NCBI GenBank assembly: GCA_026770705.1
Contig: JANJGN010000034.1
Coordinates: forward strand, 4,836,001-4,900,000
Length of the DNA: 64,000 nt
Source of the DNA: Isurus oxyrinchus
Lineage: Eukaryota
Direction of reading: 5' to 3'
The notes below the pieces were generated by a model that was given only the letters and a program-made list of their open reading frames with translations, was not told where the DNA came from and made no database searches. A program made the translations under genes and the position numbers. Below are positions 38,501 to 50,500 of the stretch, piece after piece (the stretch's first letter is position 1; every line of letters begins with the position of its first letter).

Positions 38501-41500
38501 CATCCCATTCTCTCTTGAAAAGTAATGCAGATGGATGACCAGACATGGGCCTTTAAAATGTCGAACTTGGAAGCTTGGCACTAAAATCACGATTTCCCCT
38601 TTTGTGAGAGACTACAACTCGGGGAAGCAGTTAAAAAAATATATATATATTGCAATAAGGATGACTTGCTCCGCTTGGAAGACCAAGAGCCTTTGGAGAT
38701 CTGTTTTACAGAGAGCAGTGCAGGCGCATTCAATAAATGTTCCGGAAAAACAAGGAAGCCAAAGTTTACCGGGAAAAGAAATACATTTTGGATTTAAGGC
38801 CACAATCCGATTATCCATGCTCTCAGAGAATAACAGGGTGTGATGTGCCGCGGGGGCAGCACGTGATTGGTGTGTCTTGGTGGCGGTGCAGGTGGAGGAG
38901 TGGTGGGGAGAGTGTGGAAATGAAGCGGAGTGGCCAATTGGCCTAACTGCTCTCCAATCCTTTTTTTTTTCATTTCGTGTATTAGAAAGGGATCGCTTGA
39001 ATATGCTGAGATAGTATTTCCTCCTGGAGGAGAATGCAAACCTAGAAATTATCAAAATGCTATAATTACAAAAAAAAACTCAACATGCAATTTTGAAGAA
39101 CTACCCTCTCCAAAGTATTGTGAAAGTTTGGAAGTTGGAAACGAACATTGGTTGAAAGGAGTAGTGCAGTTGGATTAAGACACGCATATGGGGTTAGCAA
39201 AGCTAAGGCCGCCATAATAGAGTCAGGAGGGGAGGAGTCTCAAGTGGATCGTAAACATAAACTCTTTGAGCCAAATAACGAGTTTCTGTGTCGTATTTCC
39301 TATTTAATTACATGAAGTTAAATAAGGCATTTCAAATTTTAACTCGGTGCCAATTGCATGTTCATATATTTTTGAAGTAAAAAAAACAACATATTTTGAA
39401 TTCTATGGTTTGAATTGTTTCTGCATCAATTGCAGAAAATTGCTTGGTGGCATTATTTTAACTGCATGTCTAGCAGAGTGTACTGCCGGCAGCATCATGG
39501 ATTACAGCTAAGAATCAATTGAACTGTCTCCAGGTATAGAGCTCAAATATACCGTGGAAGTGTTTCCTTTGTCTTGCTCACTTGTAGTTTAGTGTGTATC
39601 ATTTTGGCACCCATATTGAAACTTACACGGGAAGGCGGCTGATATTTTTCAGTGTGTGATGCCATAAAATTTGGAGCAATATAAACAGGGAAAATATGTT
39701 AAATACATCAGCTTTCTTACTCCAACCCTGCTATGTGTGCTTGCTATACTAATGATTATGGTTAAGGCTAAATGAATATTATATTGTAACTGCTGGTCAA
39801 ATTTTTCCGATTGTGCGACAGACCAAAACAATAGGCCATGAATCTGAGAGAGTAACGAATTAACCCTGTATTAATTTCAGCAGAAACTATGCTTCCGAAA
39901 TTTAGTTGGAACGTTTCCATTTCTACCATAATGAATTTTAGACTAAATTAGATAAGCACGCATTGCAGACAGCGGCGAGTACTTTGCAGTGTGAGATGGC
40001 AAAACAGCAATGTATCCAATCGCCGTCCCATTTAAGATAGAGTCGGGTCCAATCTGATCGTTCCACTAAAATTATCAAAACATATTACTTTTCAATGACA
40101 GAGTGGATTGTCACCCAGATCCAAGCCAAATAGGAATAAATTGGAACACAAATGCTAATAATATTAACATATTCGCAGAACAGATGTAAAAAAATCACCA
40201 CAATAACTGTCATGTTCTTTTTAAGTGAATAAAACAAACTTAGAAAGATGTGAGTAAAATTGAGGTACAATCAATGCGTTCGGAAACGAGGCAGGCAATT
40301 TATGGACCACAATGTCCAAGTAAACATTTTAAGGAGGTAAAAACACTATTCATGTTTAATTTGTTTGTTACAAATATTCTACCGCCATAGGTTTTCGAGT
40401 GTATTGAGGCATTAGTGGAGAGATAAACTGTAAGCATGTAGCGACTGTGACCTTTCATCCGTTCTGATGCAAGTTTCCATAGCTGAAATGTTCATTCTGT
40501 TTGTCTCTCCAAAGGTGTTTTCAGACTTACTGATCATTCCTGGCAACTTTTCATTGTATTTCACATCTTCAGTATGCACTGTATTTTGATTTTGTAAAGA
40601 GGATTTCCTTTTGTCTGCTTTGAATGGCAGAGGAAAAAAAAGAGTATATATAAAAAAAACGTTCTATTCTGATGGAACCAATAAAAACATTTTGTCAGCA
40701 CAATGTAACATTCATTCCAAACCCAAGCACAGAAGGACAAGGGAAAACCCCAAATAACGAAAGGCAAATTGGATCTGGAAAGAAATCTCAAAGTGCATGT
40801 ACACCATCTGTATCTCAACAGAGATATACGTCTGTGCACGGTCTGCATTCAGAAAATATTTATTTATTTCAATATACAAAATAGTGTCCTGGAACAAATT
40901 CAGCAAAATGTGGCGCCTGCGTACCGAGCTCAGAACAGCAAATCATTGAAAACCTTGATGCAGAACAACCCCCACCCAGATGTTGCACGAGTAACAGTTC
41001 TTGCAAAAACAAAACATATCACCCAGAAAAATCCTATGCTCATCGAATGTAAGACCCTGCCAGATCAGTACAATTGTATTTCAACTTTGGGCGATATTGG
41101 AGTTTGGGCCCATTAAATGCTGTAATCAACTTTATTTTCCACCTAATTAAATGGAAATTAAATTCTTGTGGGTTCTTCAAGAGAAACAACCGAACAGCGC
41201 AAATAAGCAACGTCTGTTCAGGGCAACTTTGTGCTCATACAATGTAAAATATAGCACAACCTCTTCTATACTCTGAACAAAAATAATTTTGGACAACACA
41301 TGAAGCAATTTATTTATCACGTAAATAGAAATTTGATCAATGCATGCAACGATTTAGAAAAGACATGCAAAGCGACTGTGCTTCAACTTTCATTTAAAAT
41401 TGTACAGCTTGTTTTATTATCATTTATAGAAAGAACAATTAAGCGGAAAGATGAAGGTAGGATCTTTAGGTTTCTCTAGTTAATTTTGTTTTTTGGAGAT

Positions 41501-44500
41501 GTTGTCAATAAAGACAACTGTCGATAAAGAAACATCGGAATTTGACAAATAATGGAAAATAAATGCTCTCAGTATTAAATGGTTCATTTATGTCCTCAGG
41601 AATGTAACTGTTTTTTTTTCATGAGGTGTCGTTGGATAGGACAGAATTTGTTGTTGGTCCCTAATGGCCTTTGCAAAGTGGGCATTTAGGATTCAACTGC
41701 ATTGCTGTGCATCTTTCTGGAGTCAACTGTCAGCCTGACCAGTTACGGGCAGCAGCTTTCTTTCCCTAAAGGACATTAGTGAATTAGATGGGTTTTTATA
41801 GCAATCCAGAGCAGCTCAGATTTTTTTTTTAATTCATTGGTAGCGAGTTTGGAACCCGGGCATTAGACTGGGAGTTTGGATTATTAGGCTTGCGACGATA
41901 ATACTACTATTCCCTCCGTTTCAGCTGACTCGTCAGCCAGCCGGCCGGTCAGACCGAATGCTGGTTAGATACACAGTACTATTTTACTTTTCTTTGCCTT
42001 CAACGGAGTCAGGAAGAGTCGGGGAAATTAACCAGAATGTGTAGCATATGTCACCAATCGCATTTCTCAGTCCAGCTGTTTCATTGGACTGAAATGGCAC
42101 GTAACAAAATCAGTGCATATTTTGGGCTCCAGACCGATATCTTTTTTTTTTCAAAGTTGGTCTGTCTGCACGAAAGCAAAGCCTGCTTTGATCAAGTTCT
42201 CAGAGTGAATTGATTTTAGTCTTTGTGAAGAATGAAGCTGAAAATCTCAAGAATAAAATTGCAGTAAAATTCCATACGGGAAGTAACAGCTGACGATTTA
42301 TTTTTCCAGCACCACTGAGTTTAACATTGGCGCTAGTGTGCCTGTACCACTCGGTTTCTCCGAGAAATTGCTTTTCCAGCGCATGATTCAGGGCAAGGGA
42401 GCATTTTCCTCCGAGGCTGCTTTTCACGCATTCAAGTTAATAAATTTTCAAGCATTAAAGCGTATTGCAGGCTGAACGATAATTGTACAACATTCATGAT
42501 TACGTTAAAGCCAAACGCCATATGTTCCAGGAATTGATTAATTCAGTTAAAACCTTTGGAATCAAAATTAGTCCAATAGCCCGAGGGACCATGATATTGA
42601 CACGAATTTTGCTTTTCAGTTAGTAAAGTTTTGCTTCCTGTCGCGTTCATGTCCTGTCACGTGCAAGTTCGTTACGTCGTCATCTGTAATGTTTGAATGG
42701 TCCACTGACACGTAATTTCTTCGGTAAAGTCCTAGGCGTCGGCGTACAGCAAAACCTAGACTTACACAGCATGAACTGGTTGGCTCATACCTGCGGTTTT
42801 CTGGCATTGAATCTCTGCTCTATAGATTTTTCATTAGCTCATGCAAGTAAAGAAGGGCCACACCGAGGCCATTCCATGTCTCCGGAGAGGGATCCAGATA
42901 GTCTCAACCCTCTTTCACCTCTGTAGCACTGTAATGCTAATTCGCTCAAATGTACCTCCAATTTCCCGTTTAAATTATTCACAGTCTTCTCTTCTTCTTA
43001 AATGAAAGGGAGATTATCCAAAGCTTTAACAAACATTCTGTACGGTAATTCTTACTAACGTATCACCTGCCTTTCTTGCCTCAAACTTTTAATACGTGTT
43101 CCTTCGTGTTTCATTGCAAGAACAATCTGAGGACATATTTTCATAGAACGTGGATTTGTTGATAAATTGGCACACAACTTCAACTTAATTCGATACCTTT
43201 TAAGCAATCGCATGTTCAACTCTAAATCCTCGAACTTTTCTTGGGTTCCATTTGCCAACAACGTATAAAACAAGCAGAATGCTTTGTGGACTCAGAATAC
43301 TTATTGGTAAATGGAGGGAATACTCAGCCTCATCATAGACAATGTGAACATATTTTGAATACAGTTGTTAAAAAAGTCTTGTAATTCAATTTAAAAGTAC
43401 ATTCTTTGTTAAACCATCCTCAATTTTAAGATCTCTCCGAGAAAGAAATTATCAACATAAACTTCCATGAAACTATTCCATGGAAAACGTAAAATAAAAG
43501 CAAGAATTTTGTTTGATTGAGTTATTGCACAACAATAATGCTTATTTAAAGAAAATCTAAAGTCATGGAACTTATACAATGAATCGTAACAGAGGTCCTG
43601 AATGAACCACAAAATGCTGAAAGTTTATGTTTTTTTTTCACTTAAACAGAAACAACTTTATTCCCTTTATACTTGCATGCATGTTGTCATGTTCACCGGT
43701 TAACCTTTCTGCCTATGGCTAAAGAGAAGGGCTGGAATAAGTCCTTAAACGTTTAAGGGTAGAAAAAAATAATAAGTGCAACGGCCAACTCAAGATTGAG
43801 ACCATAAAAGTCAATACCTGCTCACAATAGTTCTCACTATCACATTCGTTTCTATTTGATAGGGTTTGATGGGGATGGTTTGGCAAGTTAAAGCCGATAA
43901 AATAGTGCACTTCACCTCTTTGGCAACCAAACAAAACCACTTTTCTAAAAAATGTGCAAGTTTTCTTTGTCATAAAATATACTTCCATCACCGGAACACC
44001 GTTAAATCAATGCTACTCTAAAGCCCAAGGCAGTGATTTAATCTATCTCGCGTTCTAAAAAGCAGTGAACATTGATTCAGGTGGAGAACAATTCATATGT
44101 TAGCTCCAATTTGTAGTGTGGTGTCAACACCAAAAGCAAGTGGAATAAGTCTTTGCAACCATAATCTATTCTGTTTCTTTGCATGTGAACGACTTACACC
44201 ATATAGAGATAAAAAACAAAAAGCTTTGTATGCTGAAAATCCAAAACAAAAACAGAATTACCTGGCAAAACTCAGCAGGTCTGGCAGCATCGGCGAACAT
44301 AACAGTTCTGTTGAAGGGTCATGAGGACTCAAAATGTCAACTGCTTTCTTCTGCGCCGATGCTGCCAGACCTGCAGAGTTTTTCCAGGTAATTCCGTTTT
44401 TGTTTCACCATATAGATCTTGTTTCGACTCGTAGAAATTCGTGACCTGCTACATAATGTGGAATCTCGGTGAACTTGAACAGACCCTACTCTCTACTGCC

Positions 44501-47500
44501 CATGTCTTCACTCACCCCAACTTCCAGTCATCCATCACCAGTGTGCTCAACATACTTCAATAGCTCCCGTTGTTGCAATGGCTGGAACCAGTGATTTCAC
44601 CATTAACATTCTGCAAGAAAAAATAATTCAATCTGCTGGGAATGAGAAAAGAAAGTGCATTGCCACGTAATTTCATCACATCAATCGAACGGCATCTCCA
44701 CTGCAAAAACATTTTATATAACTATCTTCCTGCATTGTAAACACCGGTAGAATTGTTTGAGTGAGTATTCTAGTATATATATTTTCTTTTATATATCCAA
44801 CACTCTTATGCCCCAATACCCTCTATTGCAATTCTTTATTGAGACCAGTTTTGTATTTGCATGTTGACTAAATTTTTTATTTTAAATTTTAATTTGACTA
44901 CAAATCTGTTGTTTTATTCGTATATTGCCAGTCTTATTGTGCTAGTCACTTCCCCTATCATGTTATTATTAGTATTGTTATTATTATTATTATTATTAGT
45001 TACATTATAATTATTATTCTTATTATCATCCTTGTGCCACTTTGACGAATTCACATCGCATAAATCATTTTTTTTGTTATCTTCTTCAGTATTCTTGAAC
45101 AGGGAGAGAAGGGTCTTTGTGTTTTCCCGATGGAATTATTAATAAAATATGAGAGTTGGAATTAGACAAACAATCTACGTTTTTAATCCGAGGATGCATG
45201 ACACAAGTTCAAGCACACATTCGGTACAATTAGTTTCCGCATTCCCTGGCTGTGGTATAACATCACTATTTTGCCCACTTCCTATTTCCTAGAGTGACTG
45301 AACGTATGATCAGAATTAGATGTAGGTGGTCATATTTAGTTTAATTAATCAAGCGCGGTACGACAGGGTAGGAAATGTCACAACATCAAAAAAAGTAAGC
45401 TCCAGCAGAATCAAAGATTGGTAAAATCGGCTGTGGTTCGAACCAGCCTTGATCTTCTAATTCCATGCCAAGATCAGCTGTTTATCACATTTACACTGAA
45501 GTACCCGAGATATAATTCCATTCCGACAGGTCCATTTGAGGGAACGCTGGACAAAGCCACATTCTCTCCAGCTGCCCCTTGCATAGCATTATGAATGCAT
45601 TTTCTGCAGTCAATCACCATTTTCCGAATTATATTCACAGAACTCGAAACATTGAGACAGCTAAACGACGAAAAAGGTGTGAAAAATTTTGTCTCTGCTG
45701 TGCCTCTGAAATGTCCATTGAATAGCCCATATTGTGCCAGATGCGGCTCATTTAGGTGCACTGCTGCTTCTGAGTTGCATGGTTCTGACTCAAAACTCAG
45801 TTCCAGGAGGCTGACCATGTAATGTCAATACCCTGGTAAATATATCCTTATGAGTTGTTTTATCCTCACTGGCGATGTTAGTTTTCCGACTGTTTGAATT
45901 GTAGAATGATCTAATCGTCCTCTTGAACAATTGTGAGCAAACCCCGAGGTGTTTTCCTCAGCTGCCTGATTAATGCACTATTAGCAGGGAGCTCGGCCGT
46001 TATCTCTGAGTTCTTTTGGAATCAGTGCACAAAAGTGTTTCCACTTTACAGACGTTCAATCTAACAGCATTTCACATTAATTTAGTTGAGCGTTAAGGCT
46101 TTTGTGAATTACTGAGTGGAGGGTGGCAAAGGTGATTTTGAAAGTCAGAGTGTTAGGTTGTATTGTTCAATCAGCCTAAACCGAGCACGAATCCAATGCA
46201 GCAAAGCAATTCTTGTGTATTGCTCCTTTAATGATGGATCTGATATTCGAGCTTGCTATCAGGGGTGGTTTTCTATCCATGTATAAAACCAATACATTTA
46301 TTTACCGCTGCAGATGACATCATTGGGCAGAAAGAAACAGGTATATTTATGGGATATTTTATAACCAAGTCTGCTTGTGAAGATCTGAAAATTTATTCGG
46401 AATTCAGAAAGTTATGATAATTGGCCTCTTTTGCAAAGAGGTTCAGTTTCTAAATTGCGCTAAGAATAATGCATCTATGATCAGCGTGCTGCGAATTTTT
46501 GAATGGAGAAGAGTTAAAACCTGTAAATTTGGTACCATTTGAGAACTGAGTATTTGTATCACTTTCCCCTTATAAGTTCCCTAAATCTGTTTTTCTCCTA
46601 GCAAGCTCAAGTGTATTTTTGAGTGTGTGTGCGGGCGAGCGTGTATGTCGGTGTGCATGTGTGTTGGTGTGGGCGTATAGGTGGCATTAATTATATGGGT
46701 GCTTGTTTAACAAGTAGGTGATATCATTGCAAACATTGAACAACCAATCGTTGCCGAGTTTGCATTCCTGCGAGCATCTAAATAACTCCTGAATATGATG
46801 AAGCAGCATGATATTTTTGTGTACACGTTCAACAAAATATATAATGCCTTGTCTTGCAATAAAATTATCGATCATGACTCTTCTCTCAAGAGCGTTTCGA
46901 ACCCCCACACCCATCAGGCGCTCCTTTCCCAACCCCATATTTAATGCCATTAAATGCATGTGGCTGTTTTCCTCCAAAAATGAAATGAACGCAGCTATGT
47001 TAATCAACATTTACTGGAAGAACACGATTCACCGTACAGCCTTTTAGGAATTTGTAAAAATATACACAATATTAACATTCAGCCGAGCATATCCAAGTTG
47101 CACCTCATGGTTAACAATGTTAACGACCATAAACTGTGACGTGCATTTGGGAGTTGGACAGTCATATTTCATCTGTACTGCGCAAAATTATGTTCCTCCA
47201 TCTCTCTTCTTTTTTCCAAAAGTGGCAACCTGTTTAATACATTTATTCTCCACATGTCAACAATTCCGTTGACTTCTACACTGCAACAAAATTCTGAGGA
47301 AAGACATATCACCTGAATCCCTCGTTGGATTCATTGGTCAGTGTCATTTATTTTTGTCCTCTGATTCTGCAAATGGATATAAAGAGGGGTCGGAGGATAA
47401 TTCAAAGACCCCTTAGTAGCTCATGAGTATCTGCATTAGATAATATACAAATTATTATACGTCAAAAAAAGCCTGCCGGGAAACCTCAGGCAACCTGACA

Positions 47501-50500
47501 ATATCTACAAGGAAGGAAAAATAGTCATATTAGACGATACGGTGACTCTGCTTCCCGATCTAAAGATGCCGAAAGACGGTTTGCTTTCTCAGCAAGTTCT
47601 GTTTTCATATCAGTTCTCCAGTAACCGCTATGTTTTTTCTTTATCATTGATATTTTTGTAAACTTGAAACGATCTCGACAGTAGTTGAATACTTTGCCGC
47701 CGTCCTAATGCATAAGCACTAAAAAACATGTAGAAGCAAAACCAAAAGTGAGAAAAAGATGAGAGTGATTCCAGAAAACGTGGTTACATGTGTGAGAAAA
47801 TGTAGAAATGTGTAGTTGGCCGATCTTAGAACATAGAGGTTTGAGAGTTGACCTACCAGACAGCCACGCAATGTTGAATAGCTAAAAAGAAGAGACGTAG
47901 ATGAGTATATTTCCACTTTGGGGAGATTACAAATGTGGTTGCAATGTGTTTGATATGAATGCTCATAAAACAAAATGAAGAAATAGGAAGACAAGCCTCA
48001 AATTGGCATCTGTAGAAATGTGGAAAATGCTGACACAACGAGCTATTGAATCCATTATTTCAATGCAGTTAAGTGGAAACTAATTAGCGCGAGAGGGGAA
48101 CAAGATCTAAAGAATGGTTGGAGGGAATGGCTTATTACTGATGCTCCCTACTTTATTATTCTATATATGTAACAATGAATATGCTTGTCTGTTTTCTTCT
48201 GCCAGTTATCCGAGAGCTGAATACACTTGTTGAGAGAATAGGTGAGAGATGTTCATTAATTTGTCCTTTCAGTTAAGGATACTAAGGCAACCAACGTCAA
48301 CGTCAGCGCCAAATTATTTTTTTCGACAAAGTGACAATATATAATTTGCTAAACAACTCTACAGACAATCAGTGAGAAGGAAAAAAAAAGCTTTGATTTA
48401 AGTTTCGATACGTTGGATAGAGATTCACCAATTAAATAAGTCTTCAACCTGTATAAATGTCGTCTGAACAGGACAATATGGGTGAGCAGGATTCGGATGG
48501 CAGATTTGTAGTTGAGAATATGATACCGGACAACCGCTATCTGTGGAAAATCATGGAAGGTAACATGATATGTATGTCAATAGGACAAGGGCTGCAGGTA
48601 GAAGGGGACAGTGCCACCTGGAATTACCCATCCACGTCACTCACCACACTGTCTTGGAAATATATCACCGTTCCTTCCCTTTCACGAGATTAGAAAACTG
48701 GAACGCTCTCTTTAACAGCTAAGTGGATGCACCTAAAGCACATAGGCTGCAGCAGCTGAAGAAGGCTGGTCACCACCACCTTCTCAAGGGTAACCTTTGA
48801 TGAGCAATAAATATTGGCTACGCCAGCAAACCATACATCCGATGTGTGATTTTAAAAAAAAAATGACTTTCCCTTAAGGAAGTAATGGTCACGCAGTCAA
48901 TTGGAATATGCAATGGTGGGTGCTGTGGCAATGTAAGGAGGCTGGGGAAGGGGGAAAGGAGGTGGGTTGGGGGGGCGGGGAATAGTTTCTTAAAAGCGGA
49001 AAATCAGTGCAGTTGCCTGAGCAATAAAACTGAATTGTGTCATTGGACATGCAAAGTTAATGAGTTCACACTTCTGAGACATGCAATACTTCACACTTGG
49101 CGATACATTCATTAGATAAGTGAGCCATGAAGATATGTCATGGTAAGGAAGACAAAGGAGATTATAATATGAATACAGATGCCCTTGGGTTAATTTAGAC
49201 AAGCTTGAACCTTGGCGAGTTTTGGGGATGGAGTTTTGCTAAGTATGTCATTTGTGCAGATGGTGTTCACTAAGGACATTGATTTCCAAAAGTGTGAATT
49301 TTGTTCTTTCGAATTAGATATATGTCATCAGGATTATTTTCTTTCATTTTGACTTTCCATGACGTGATGAGTGATAGTTTTACCTTAGGTGTGTTGACAC
49401 GATATGGCTGGAGCTAAACTGATGTGGTGTTTGGTGACTTAATTGCAACTGCCGCACAAAGCCTGTTTGACTAACCGTGAGCCTATAGCATGGTCTAGAA
49501 AGTATTCGGCTTGATTTCTGTGTCGAAAAAAAAACATAAAAAAATAACATTTCGTTTAATTCAGTATTGTCTGCTCAAACTCCTTTTTTAGAGGCAAAGA
49601 TAGCGAAGAGAGATATAGGTAAAATGATTAATGCTTTAAGCTCTGCAGTATACTTTCTCAACTGAATAAAAAGCCATAAAAACAATTCCTGTCTTAATGG
49701 AGGTATCTGTATCGACTTGTTCATGACTTAGATTTAGCACGGAAAATATCCAAAAGAAAATTCTCGGAATAGACAAGTGTCTTTTTTTTTTACAAAAAAA
49801 CAAAACCAAAGGTAAAAATTTCACTGTAAATGGAGCACCGACGTATGTAATCAAAGATGACTGAGTTTCAGACTTCGGAGAGAAATCTTTGATTAAGGTG
49901 GCAGGGAGTAACCTATGTTTGGTTTCATAACAATGAATGCTAATCAGGCATTTCTGCAGAAATAGACAGCAATACAGAATACCAAACAAAACCGTCAACA
50001 AAGGAACAGAGCAGCACGGGCAAGTCATTCAACGCCATGAATTTACACAAACATTCTGTTAGTTCGTGGTTGTTACGCAACTTTGCAGCAATTATGCAGC
50101 TTTCTTCCATTACCCTGAACCGCCTCCCTACCTCAAATAAAATGTGTTGTATTTTACACTTGAAATTATTTAACCACAATTACATTTGTGTGGGGGATGA
50201 TCGAGAGTCAAACTAGCTAAGGAGCCCTTCATTGCAGTTGCCTTTAGCGGTCTAGCTCAAGTTATGTACTTGTCGCCCCTTGTGCTATCTATCACATCTG
50301 ACCAATGAACCGGTCCCTTTATCCAGCTACGCTGTATGCTATTTCTGCCCGTGTTATGCAAGCCAGTAAGAACAACTTGTTTTTATGTTTAAGGGGATGC
50401 AAACTTTGCCTTCACAAGTTGCACTTCTGAGTTTTCACGAATTACAAGTTCTGATTACAAGGAGTGCGTAACTTATACGACTTCGAATTTTACTTCATTG

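Noticed and set aside
45090-45113. Exon candidate after a strong acceptor (xFLNRERR)
   Set aside because: No credible donor at a symmetric length
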